This document shows positions 50,450-61,617 of a stretch of DNA of 63,997 nucleotides, piece by piece. The DNA lies in the NCBI GenBank assembly GCA_051294375.1, contig CM119270.1:21567532-21631528 (forward strand). Direction: 5' to 3'. The number at the start of each line of letters is the position of its first letter. Within the stretch, counting starts at the first letter, position 1. The translations under genes were made by a program, and so were the position numbers. The stretch comes from Paraspadella gotoi. Lineage: Eukaryota; Animalia; Chaetognatha. Below the pieces are notes generated by a model that searched no databases, was not told where the DNA came from, and was given only the letters and a program-made list of their open reading frames with translations.

Positions 50450-53400
50450 CTTTTTCTCTCTCTCTATCTCTCACTCTCTCTCACTCTGCCTCACTCTCTC
50501 CCTCTCTATCTCTCTCTCCCACCCCACCCAAGCGTCAATATCGCGAATTGGGTCTGTTTGCCATAACAAAGATTCGGTAAATTATGTTTAATGGAAACTG
50601 GAACCGGGGCAGTTATGGCCGCGGCTGGCGGCGACTTGCGGCGGCAGCGGCGGGCGGCAGCGACAGCGGCAGCGGCGGAATGAATGGAACAGAGGGCGAA
50701 GGCGGTGGTGAAGGGGGGAGGTGGGGGGGAGATCGTTCGATTGATATTTTTAAGAGGAGAGAGAACTTTTGATGATAAATGTTTAATGATAGATTATCAT
50801 TCAATGATAGATGTTTGAAGACGGACGATCATTTGATGTCAGAGATTCGAGGGTTAATGATAAATGATGATAAATTCGATGATAAATTCGATGATAAATT
50901 CGAGGGTTGATGATAAATTTTTCATGATGGAAATTAATTGAAGAACATTTTGAGCTGGTGAATGGATTAAAAATTGGACAGTACGGTGTGGGTATGATTG
51001 TGGGAGACTTTTGGGCATGAGTGCGGGTAAGATGTGGAAAAAGTATTAAGGTCGAGTAAGTGGGAGAGATTCTTGGCTGATGTGGACGAGTCTTTCCGCG
51101 AGGTATTTGTGTGAGGACATGTATGTGTGAGGGCATGAATGTGCGTGAAACACTGAGGAATGTTAATTGTATCAGCAAGGTTGAGTCAACTTGTGGGTTT
51201 ATTTGTGGGCGATTATGTGTTTTGTGGACAAAAAAATTAAAGGGAGAGAGGGAGTCTTAGCTTTTCGAGACGAAGACTTTAAAAGTCACAAATTGTGAAT
51301 CGTAAAAGTTTCGCGTGAATCAAAAAAAAATCTTTGTTCTTTTCTTTATTTTTTTTCCTCTCGAACTTCTAACCGAATATATCTTGTCAAAGAGTATCCT
51401 CTCTCTCTCTCTCTCTCTCTCCTCTCTTTCTCTCTCTCGTCGAGTCTTCATCTCATCTCCTCTCGTTCTCTCAATCTTCTCCTCTCTCTCTCTCTCTCCT
51501 CCTCTCTCTCCTCTCACACACACAACACCACACCCACATCAAAATGATTACCATTATTATTTTTTAATCCTTAATTTCGTTTTTCTTCTTTTTTTTCAGT
51601 TGACGATTTCGTTTTGTAAATCATCAGCAAATCACGACTCTATAATTAACTTTGTCGGTCCGTCGGTCCGCCCCCTCAATCTTGTCGGGCAGTCACTTAT
51701 TTCATGTCAAACATAGAATTAAGATAAAATATGCAAAAAAAGATGACCGTCCGTTTGTCTGTCTGTCCGTCCGTTTGTCTGTCTGTCTGTGTGTGGGTAG
51801 GTAAGTGTGTGATTGAGCTGGATATGGTATTTCGATGGAATCGTGCGAGTGGAAATGAGCTTAAGTAGAAAAAACAAAAAACCTCTTTCACTAAGTGATT
51901 ATGCTTTTTTCTTTTTATATTAAATGTAATTACAAGATGTATTAATTAATCAATTAGTCAATTAATTAATCAATAATTAACTAATCCATCAATCAATTAT
52001 TCAATCAAGCATATAATTAATTAATTAATTAATTAATTAATTAATTAATTAATTAATTACCACTAATGACCGTGGGCAGATCAGTCATTGTTTGCTCAAA
52101 CTTGTTTTTTAATTCTCGTTAAATAAACATAATAAACAAATTGACATTGATTTAAAGGGATATTAAAGCAACATTATAAATGTATTGTAATTACGCGACT
52201 CAAGAGTAAAATTGAAAAATTAGTTAGACATTTTATCGTTTCCAATTGTTTTTTTTTATTTATATTTTTAAAATTAAAAATGAGACTAAGTTAAATAATT
52301 TCAAACTCATAATTAATATCCAAGATCAAAAAACTAATTTTAAACGCAACGAAAATTATTCACGTAAGATTAAACTGCAAGATGCAAATTAGATTCTCGG
52401 CTGATTTGACGCAAAAGAAAAAACAACTAGAAAACAAATGGATTTAATCTGATTTTTCGCTGTCGAATCAATTGAAGCGAAACTAGATTCTTCTTTCTAA
52501 ATGTTTCGTTTGTTTCGTTTGTCAAATGTTTCCTCATTTTTCTTTTCATTCCGGCTCTACGATCCACAAGGTGCCTCCGTCGGTCCGTCGGTCCCACCCC
52601 AAAATCTGGTCGGTAAGACACTGAGATCATGTCAGAACATCGAATTATGATAAATATTTAAAAAAAAAACATATTCCTTTTATTCCTTTCTCTCCCTTCC
52701 TCCTCTCTCCCCCCCTGAAAGAAATTCTTTCTTTTCTTTTTTCCTTCAGATCGAATTATTTCTTCTTTTTTTTTTCTGTTTCGATTTTCTTTTTTTTTCT
52801 CTTCCAATATTTCATCTTTCTTTAATCCGTTTTACTCTGACGAGGGACGAGGTGGAGGAGGAGGAGGAGGAGGAGGAGGAGGAGGAGAAAGANNNNNNNN
52901 NNNNNNNNNNNNNNNNNNNNNNNNNNNNNNNNNNNNNNNNNNNNNNNNNNNNNNNNNNNNNNNNNNNNNNNNNNNNNNNNNNNNNNNNNNNNNNNNNNNN
53001 NNNNNNNNNNNNNNNNNNNNNNNNNNNNNNNNNNNNNNNNNNNNNNNNNNNNNNNNNAATACTGAGAAGATATTTTAAAGATAGGAAATACTGATGGAAA
53101 AAGAGAAAAACAAGAAAAGAAATAGTAAAGTTATAGAGAGAAAAGATATGGGATGAAAGCAAAAAATAGATCCGATTAAAAACGAAGAAAGAGAAGTTTG
53201 AAGCAAGAAATGGGAGGAATGGAGTAAAGATAAGAAGGAAGTGAGATGGAAAATGAAATAGAGAAAAAAGAGAATATAGAGAAAAGAAAGGAAGGAAGGA
53301 GAGGAGGATTAAGAAGAGGAAGACCCCCCCCCTCCTCAGTGAAAAAAAAGAGTCGTTGCAATTCAGGATGAAATTGATTCTCGCCGTCGTCGTTCGTTCG

Positions 53401-54465
53401 CCGGAGTCGAATGCTGTGATTTTCCAGTTGTGGAGGTTTGGAAGGCTGAGAAGAAAGAGAGAGAGTGGCCGGGGGATGAGGTGTCCTCACTGGTGGCCTT
53501 CGCTCTTTACGGCGAGGCTCCTCTGAAGAGTCCCTCCCTTCTGACGGGCTTGTCGGTCGTCCCGTTGGCGTCGGAGGGAGTCGGGGAACGATCTGTAATA
53601 AGATGTATCCTTCCCGATTACAAGGGTGATATTATGGCGCATTGGTACTAATGTGGATATAACCCTCCCTTTCGTCTTTGGCGAGTGAGAGTACCGGCTC
53701 CACGTTTTTAGGTGGAGGAGAGAGTAGAGACANNNNNNNNNNNNNNNNNNNNNNNNNNNNNNNNNNNNNNNNNNNNNNNNNNNNNNNNNNNNNNNNNNNN
53801 NNNNNNNNNNNNNNNNNNNNNNNNNNNNNNNNNNNNNNNNNNNNNNNNNNNNNNNNNNNNNNNNNNNNNNNNNNNNNNNNNNNNNNNNNNNNNNNNNNNN
53901 NGGCGAGAGGGGGCGGTGAATGGCCGCCGACGAATCACGTGAGACGGAATGAGATGTGAAGAAAAGAAGAACCGGATGTGAAAAAGTTGGTTCGGCGGGA
54001 AGAGGGAGGAGCTGAGACCCGGATGTGTGCGAGTCGCGTTTTTTTTTTTTCGGGCAAGGAATATCTGAGTTTGAGTAGACGAAATAGTGAATAAAAATGG
54101 TTCAACCTATAGAAATTATCCATTTAGGAAATAAGCTATCTTGCTCCTTTCTTTGGACAGGCTATGGTGGTTTAAGTCCTCCATCTCTCTGAGAAGATAA
54201 TAACATAGCAGGACCCTGAAAGATTTCAGTCAAGCCTCTCACACAGTCTCGTCCGCTAAATCCCGGCCGGACTGTTTAAATTTTATAAAAAGTTCGCTTC
54301 GTTATGAGGAAGAAAATTATGGTAATGAAAGGAGGTCCTCAAGAAAACGTAAAATAGTTTATGAAGGTCAGATTTAGATTTAGTGAATTGGTCAGATTTA
54401 GGGTAGATAAAGGTCGAATTGAAAAGGTTAGAACTTAGGGAGAAAACAACAAGAGGGAAGTAATA

Positions 54466-54618
54466 GGCGCAGGAAGACCTAAGACCCGTATGTAAAAGGA
54501 TTTTGGGCAGAAAGACCAAATACCCGTATGTTAAATGAATTGGCGCAGGAAGACCAAAGACCCGTATGTAAAAGGATTTGGCGCAGGAAGATCAAAGACC
54601 CGTATGTAAAAGGATTTG
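54466..54618. repeat. About 38-nt tandem repeat GGCGCAGGAAGACCAAAGACCCGTATGTAAAAGGATTT, 4 copies
   Basis: Directly visible. Confidence 0.9.
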
Positions 54619-55205
54619 ATCAAGGAAAGACGACGNNNNNNNNNNCGACGACGACGATGATGTTTGGCGAATTCGATGACGTCGTTTGGGTCACGTGATC
54701 ACCGAGTGGAAAGTGGAAAGTAAAAAATTGGAAACTCAAAGGTGAGTGGAGACATTAATTGAAGTTTGATTGCCTCGTAAAAGTGGATTGAATGAGGGAA
54801 AGAAAGAGAAATACAGAATGATAAGAATGATAACAAAGAAAATTGAAATAGAAATATATAAAAGCAAACAAAAGTCAAAACGAAATAAAATAAAATACAA
54901 TTATATAAAACAAAATAAATAAAAGAGATAAAATGGAATAGAACAAAGCTGAGCAAATCGTAATAAAAAAAAAAAAATTGAAGAAAAATTCGAATTTAAA
55001 GATTAACCAAACAAAAAAAGAAGATTTGCCGGTTTAAATTTTATTAATCACGGACTAAAATGTTAAGTTCTTTTTGTTTTAAATAATTCAATTTATATAC
55101 ATAGCGATTAAAAACATATTTAAACTATATGTACATTTTAATTATATTTTTTTTATTTCCAATCGTTGATACTCTCTCTCTCTTCTCGTCCCCTCTCTCT
55201 CTCTT

Positions 55206-55268
<63 letters not shown>

Positions 55269-55949
55269 TGTTCTACTAAACAGATTTAATCTCCAAAACT
55301 GGAAACGAATTTTTTTTCTTTCGACAATTTTTTTTTATTTCGAGATAAGAAAATCTAAGTTTTTCTTTGGACTAGAGTATCGAACTCACCAGTAGAATAT
55401 TTTTGCACCTTCTTGGACCTGGCTGCACCCAATTGCACCCCCGTAGCATACTCGATATCACAAGAGATTCACTGTCGCTACGAATCGAATTCTTATACAA
55501 CTTCACGATTGTGATTTAGTTTTCACGAAGGTTTTTCTTTTCTTCCCAAATTCGATAAGAATTTTTTTTCAAAATCTTCTGTAAATTTTCACTCGGTTTT
55601 GCGATAAGAAACTAATGTTATTCGCCTATATCTAAAAAAAAATATAATAACAATACAGAACTAAGTCAAAAGTTAAGTCACAAAAATAACTATTCTCCCT
55701 AGGAAATGTAAATCCAACCAAGAATGAATTTTTTCTTTTTTCTTTCTTTCTTTTTCTTGAATGTAGAATATTTACCAACGGCTTAAAAAGGCACTGAGAG
55801 CAGCTGCCTCAAATATTGGGTAAGCACCGCCGATCTGACTTACCTTTTTGAGGCGCTAATGTGGAATTTGAAAAAAAAGGACTTAATTGGGTTATTATCA
55901 AATCGGTTGAAGAGTCAATTAAAAACAACGTTGGGTAAAATCTGTCATC

Positions 55950-56033
55950 TGCCCAGGACCCTTTCCATGGTTGCTGGAGAGGTTTAAGAAGTTACAGTTA
56001 GTCTTTTTCAGCTCACTTAGCGCCTTATCCACA
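55950..56033 (+). mobile_element. SINE-like element, 3' fragment
   Basis: GCCCAGGACCCTTTCCATGG...TTCAGCTCACTTAGCGCCTTATCCACA matches the family tail. Confidence 0.55.
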
Positions 56034-57380
56034 AGTATTATTACTACGATTGATTATGTTACTAATAGTGCTAAATTACTGTGTATATTCCCATAAATTA
56101 CTTTTTATATATATTACTGTAATTTAACATTTTGAATCAAAATAAGAAATTTCGTAAGTCGAGCGGTATATCTTTAGATTTTTACTAGAAATTTGAAATC
56201 GCTTCAGAGAAAAAATACAAGCTTTACAAGTTTCAAGAAAATTTTTCATAAAATAAAAATTCTACAGACTAAGAAAAACTAGTTTTTAAATGCGGCTTGA
56301 CTGTCAATTTCAAGTATTTTGATTCTGAACTAATTTAGTTTAATTTTAAAAAACATAAACATCTTTTATTACAAAATTCTGTCGCCCTATTGTTCGATAT
56401 TTGCTCTTAACTTATTTTCCCGACATTTTACTAACTTACTGTTTTCACCTTTTTCAAAACACACCCACCCAACATTCTTTTTCTTTTTATTTTCTCTTTA
56501 TTTTTTTATTTTTTTTATTAACTTACTGTTTTCACCTTTTTCTATACACACCCACCCAACATTCTTTTTCTTTTTATTTTCTCTTTATTTTTATCTTTCT
56601 TTTTATTTTTTCTTTGTTTTCTTTTTTATTTTCTCTTTATTTTCTGTTTTTAATTTTCTCTTTCTTTTTATTTTCTCTTTATTTTCTTTGTTTAATTTTC
56701 TCTTTATTTTTCTTTTTATTTTCCTTTTTTCTTTTTTTCTGACTCNNNNNNNNNNAGATCGTTTTCTAGTTTCTTTTTTATCCCAAAATTTATTCACATT
56801 AAACTTAAAAAAGATACGGAGCACTCTCTTACCCTCTTAACCTATCATGAATAAAAAACTTTAAAAAAAAGCTGGACCCTCATTTGAAAAATAAAATGAA
56901 CCCCATTTAAATATTATACTATAATTTTTGCGCAAAGAGACGAGAACAAACAATTCTTACTCTGTTCTCTCCGATCAAAAGGTTCATTCATAACGAATTT
57001 TAAAATTCAAAAAAAATTCGTCTCCCGATTTTTTCTGTATTTTTTTTAAACTGGGCGGCACAGAATAGTCAAGTAAAGCTACAACGCTTTTGATATTTTA
57101 AAATTAGTTTTAAATGAAATATAACGATTAAAACCGGAATGGGTTCTCGTCAAACTTTAACTAACGAGGAGGTCGGTTTAATTCTCATTTACCAACGACG
57201 AAAAAAATGCATAATAAAATAATAAACACAAACAAAAATACTATAAAACATCGAGAATTAAAAAAGAAGAAAAAATAGCGGGAAAAAACAAACAAAAAAA
57301 ACAAAAAACAAACAAACAAAAAAAAAACCAAAAAAACAAAAGCCACAATAATAAATTAAAAGCGACCAAAAAAGGAAACG

Positions 57381-57541
57381 ATGATTTTTAGCGCGGTTTA
57401 TCCTCGATCCGTCGGCGACCCGAACGCCGCAGCCGACGGCGCCGGTGCAGCCGCTGCAGCCGCCGCTGGCTCCCCCAACGCCACCTACGTCCACCCGACC
57501 GTCGAAGCGTCAAACGTCACCTGCTTTGGGACGCCAAAGCG
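57381..57541 (+). CDS. Synaptotagmin-like protein, exon 1 (luminal N-terminus)
   Basis: ATG at 57381. Translates MIFSAVYPRSVGDPNAAADGAGAAAAAAAGSPNATYVHPTVEASNVTCFGTPK with N-A-T and N-V-T sequons. Phase-2 donor AGCG|GTGAGA matches the next exon. Confidence 0.7.
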
Positions 57542-58016
57542 GTGAGACGGTTGTCGGATTCGTCCACCATCCTTCAGCCAAATCCATTGGCTCAGAGGGG
57601 GAACACACTATCCCAGGCGTAATGTTCCATCCACAGTCCTCACGACATCCCTCTGCGTTGGCAAAGCGAGACCGTCCTAGGGTAACCGCGCCAGTGACTG
57701 GAGGCGTCACTGAGGGTCGGAAGCCCCCAAAGCCAACAGTGAGATGCCCCATCCCAATGGGCATCACAGGCATCCCGGCTGTTGCCATAAAGGAACTTTT
57801 TCTGACTCTTATATCCAATTTGAATATTGTAGTACGACGAATTTAATAATTTATTAATTTATTTTTTTTATTTATCTATCTATAATGTCATGGCACCCCC
57901 TATATACCAGCGTTAACATAACAAAATCGTGAGCCCCTTCTGATGTCATGTCAAGTCATATGATGTCAAGTCAAGTCATCTCATGTCCACTTTTTACACT
58001 TTTTTCACTTTTACAG

Positions 58017-58247
58017 CTACGACGCATTAGGCCAAATCCTTGGCTTCTTTTGTGCCATCTGGCGGCGAATCGACGATTTCCTTCTCTCTTGGCCTTTCGA
58101 TCATCAACTCGCCCTCGGTCTCTTTATCGCCAGCTGCGTCCTCCTGCTGCTGTTGATCGTACTGCTTTGCTGTTGCTGTTGTAAGGTCTGCGGCGGAGGA
58201 GAAGAAGGGAAGAAGAAGAAGAGAAGGAGAGGACCGCAGAATACGAG
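58017..58247 (+). CDS. Synaptotagmin-like protein, exon 2 (TM helix, Cys cluster, basic patch)
   Basis: Acceptor TTTTACAG; 231 nt, phase 2 to 2. Translates YDALGQILGFFCAIWRRIDDFLLSWPFDHQLALGLFIASCVLLLLLIVLLCCCCCKVCGGGEEGKKKKRRRGPQNT. Confidence 0.82.
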
Positions 58248-58372
58248 GTCAGGTCAAGGGTCAAGGGTCAAGCGTCAAGGGTCAAGGGTAAGGGATTCCT
58301 GGTGAAGATTCGTTGGGTTTGTTCGAAAAAGTAAAATGTTATGGTGGACTTAAATCTAACAACCGTTCATTA

Positions 58373-58444
58373 GCGGCCATTGGTGCAGGAGGCAAGTCAT
58401 TCGCCTCCCAATCAAAGGCCCGGTTCTAGCCGGGTGCGCAGCCA
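58373..58444 (+). pseudogene. Degenerate tRNA-like sequence or SINE head
   Basis: GCGGCCATTGGTGCAGGAGG...CTCCCAA...CCCGGTTCTAGCCGGG has A-box- and T-arm-like parts, but the stems are broken. A similar remnant lies on the minus strand near 13888-13960. Confidence 0.3.
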
Positions 58445-58689
58445 GGAGTCGGGCGCTTTCCCATTGTTTAATGCCTGATCCGAAGCTCAGTTCTATCCTT
58501 AATATTTAACACAATATTTAACCGTAATCCCTTACTTTATTACTAACCCTGCGCTAATTCCTAACAATAATCAGAATTCCTAATTTCTAACCATAATCAC
58601 AAGCCTCTTTTAGAACAGATACCTTAGGCCGAAGGGGGGAAGCATACGGTCGGCCGTAAATCGCCTTGGGGGTTTAGCAACACCCCACT

Positions 58690-58787
58690 CCCCCGTGCCT
58701 GATTCCAAGCCTGGTTCCAATGCCTGCTCGAGTTGTGTTGATTAAGTTAAGGAAATCCAGCTTAGCTAACTTAGCGCCTTATCAACA
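58690..58787 (+). mobile_element. SINE-like element, degraded 3' fragment in synaptotagmin intron 2
   Basis: GATTCCAAGCCTGGTTCCA...ACTTAGCGCCTTATCAACA resembles the family tail. Confidence 0.45.
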
Positions 58788-58878
58788 TATATATTCTCTT
58801 CCGACGCCTTAATACCTCCTCGGCGTCGCAACCTTATTCCTCGGCACCGCAAACCCTACTTCCTTCCCTCTTTTCCAG

Positions 58879-59090
58879 AGAGCGCGAATACCTGGATCCT
58901 CGATCCGCTCCGGCCTTACGAAGCAAACAAGACCCCCGGACGGCGTTGGATCGAATTCCTCTCATCGGCGCCTTCATACAAGAGAGAGTCCAGCCGGAAC
59001 TCTACGACGCGCAACAGCAGAACCGCATCAAAGAGTCGAGACTCAGTGGGCGCGGTCTTGATGGAGACGTTGACGTCAAGTCAGGATGCG
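58879..59090 (+). CDS. Synaptotagmin-like protein, exon 3 (linker)
   Basis: Acceptor TTTTCCAG, phase 2. Translates EREYLDPRSAPAL...IQERVQPELYDAQQQNRIKESRLSGRGLDGDVDVKSGC; QPELY resembles the KPELY linker motif of several synaptotagmins. Donor TGCG|GTGAGT. Confidence 0.8.
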
Positions 59091-59493
59091 GTGAGTTTGG
59101 GAAAGTGAGGGTAAGGTTTTGGTGAGGTTTTGGTTTCGAGATTGAAGACGGTTGTCAAATGTGAAATGAGTAATGTGAAATGTACTAAAAAGATTTGGAA
59201 GTGGAGAAGAAATTATCATAATTTATTTTCATTCCAATTTCGGTCGGTCATTCATTTCTCTCTCTCTCTCTCTCTCTCTTCTCTCCTCTCTCTCCTCTCT
59301 CTCTCGCTCTCTCTCTCTCTCTCTAAATCAAACAGAACATATCCAGGATTAAGTGATCTTCTTACCCATTTGGAGCCACATCTCAAGAAATCTATGCCCT
59401 TCCATTATTAAATCATTTCATTTCACCTTTTCTCTTCACTCCTTTCCCCCTTCCTCTCTCCTCACCCACCCCCCCCCACCGCATATCCCTCAG

Positions 59494-59651
59494 CCGCAAT
59501 CCAATCCTTTTCGTCGATCCGGAACAAAAGGACGGCCCGAACTGAAGATCGGCATCGGTACAAGTCCGTCGAACTCGAAAGCTCCGCCTTTTTTTAGAAG
59601 TTCGAATGCCTGACTCTTACGTGACTGTCATAGCGGTTGCTGTTTTTAAGG
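59494..59651 (+). CDS. Synaptotagmin-like protein, probable exon 4 (start of C2A; contains indels)
   Basis: Acceptor CCCTCAG and donor AAGG|GTGAGA. Fragments ELKIGI and MPDSYVTVIAV resemble the C2 beta-strands and the SDPYVKV motif but lie in different frames. Confidence 0.55.
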
Positions 59652-60050
59652 GTGAGAGAGAGAGGAGAGAGACGAGAGAGAGAGAGAGAGAAGGACGGAG
59701 GGAGGAGGAAGGAGAGAGAGAGGAGGGACTTTTTTTGACCGACGTTAAATATATTGTGCAAGTACATACTATAATGCATAAGGATGATAGCGAGAAGCAG
59801 AAACTATTCTTGGTCAAGTGGCGAATCCTTTTCAAGACGCGGTGCTTCCTTTACTATATATTCTTGGAAAGAGAAAGAAAGCGAGCTGAGAGAGCACGAG
59901 ACGAGACGAGGAGAGAAGAGAGAGAGAGAGAGATGCAGAGAGAAGACGAGAGAGAGGAAATAAATGAAAAGATCCCGCATCAGTTAAAATAATATTTAAT
60001 TAAAAATTAATAAAAAATTAAAATGGAAATTAAATTTGCTTACCCTCCAG

Positions 60051-60213
60051 ACTTAAATTAAAGTCACCTGACTCGAGATGATGTGAACTGAGTCACTCGT
60101 TCCACGCGCGAAAGAAAAAAGGCCGATCACAGAAAAAAAACTGAGATTCTTATTTGAAAATCCAGGAAAAACGAAGGAATCGAACCGAAAAAGTTGCCTG
60201 GACCACAAAAGGG
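60051..60213 (+). CDS. Possible synaptotagmin-like exon 5 (noisy)
   Basis: Acceptor CCCTCCAG and donor AGGG|GTCAGA. It would bridge the phase-1 end of exon 4 to the phase-0 start of exon 6, but needs indel correction. Confidence 0.3.
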
Positions 60214-60983
60214 GTCAGAAATTCCTGCTCCATCTTGCTTTATTTCGCTCCTTGGCTTTATATTTCTTTTGCTTTTTCACATCCCCAGACCGCTGAGAGA
60301 AAAAAGAGAAAGAAAGAGAAAAAAAAAGACAAGAGTAAAAAAAAGGAAAGAAAAAAGAAGCATGAAAATATGGCAAACGAAATTGGTCAATCTTTAATAA
60401 AAAACGGTTTATGTTTGGCATCTATGTTTTTTCTTTGTCCTTTTCTTGTCTTTTTCACTTGGTTTCTATTATTTTCTTCATATCTCATCTTTCTTTTAAT
60501 TTGACGCCTAGATTCTTTTTACTCTCTCTCTCTCCCTCCTCTCTCTCGTCTCTCTCTGTGTTCTCTCTCTCTCAATCAATCTCGTGCTCTACTCTCTCTC
60601 TCTCTCTTCTCTCTCTCCTCATCTCTCTCTTCTGGTTAAAATCATGTATATTTTAAATTTCGTGCTAATTTTCATGTTCTTTCACAGTTAATTCTTCCTT
60701 GTCAACTGTATCTTCTTATCTCTCCTTCTCACTCTATTATTCCTTTCAATACTACGCATCTCTTTTCTCTAACTTATTCTCCCTTATTAAATCTATTTCC
60801 TCTTATCTTTTCTCTCTCTTCATTTTTTTCCTCTCATTATTCATCCAATTTTATTTAATTCTTCATTCTCACTCCCTTCTCCGCACTATCTCTCTACGCT
60901 TTCTTTATCTTCCTCTCACCCTCCTTCTCTCCCTCCCCCCTCTCTCTCCCCCTCTCTCTCCCCCCTCACCCCACTTTTCACAG

Positions 60984-61149
60984 GAGGTCTTCGAGACCCG
61001 CGTTGTGAAGGGAACTCCTGATCCGGAGTTCATGGAAAATTTCACGTTTAAATCGATTCGTCGACTCGAAGAAAGAACTCTGAAGATTCAAGTCTTTCTC
61101 TTTGACCGAGGAAGCGTCATGGAACCACCGCTGGGGGAGCTGAGTATCG
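60984..61149 (+). CDS. Synaptotagmin-like protein, C2A domain exon
   Basis: Acceptor TTTTCACAG. Translates EVFETRVVKGTPDPEFMENFTFKSIRRLEERTLKIQVFLFDRGSVMEPPLGELSI (C2 pattern FET.V...T..P.F.E.F.F....L....L...V..FDR......LGE). Donor ATCG|GTGAGA. Confidence 0.88.
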
Positions 61150-61150
61150 G

Positions 61151-61187
<37 letters not shown>

Positions 61188-61617
61188 NNNNNNNNNNNNN
61201 NNNNNNNNNNNNNNNNNNNNNNNNNNNNNNNNNNNNNNNNNNNNNNNNNNNNNNNNNNNNNNNNNNNNNNNNNNNNNNNNNNNNNNNNNNNNNNNNNNNN
61301 NNNNNNNNNNNNNNNNNNNNNNNNNNNNNNNNNNNNNNNNNNNNNNNNNNNNNNNNNNGAATAACTCTGTATCTTTGAATAACTCTGTATCACTATCGGG
61401 TCTCGCTTGATGACGTGGATGTGGAGTCTATTGTTGGGGCTAAAGGTGATTTTAAAATACAGAGTTTGGGCTTGGGGGCCTTTTGAAATGCGGCGTTTGG
61501 GCTAGGGGGCCTTTTGAGCACGGCCCAAGCCGCAAACTCTGTATTTTAAAATCACCTTTAGGGCCCAACAATAGACTCCACAATACCACGTCATCACTGC
61601 GAGAACGCGATAAGTGA

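Noticed and set aside
57445-57846. 133-aa ORF from the track
   Set aside because: It is in the wrong frame and runs through the intron. The phase-consistent exon is 57381-57541.
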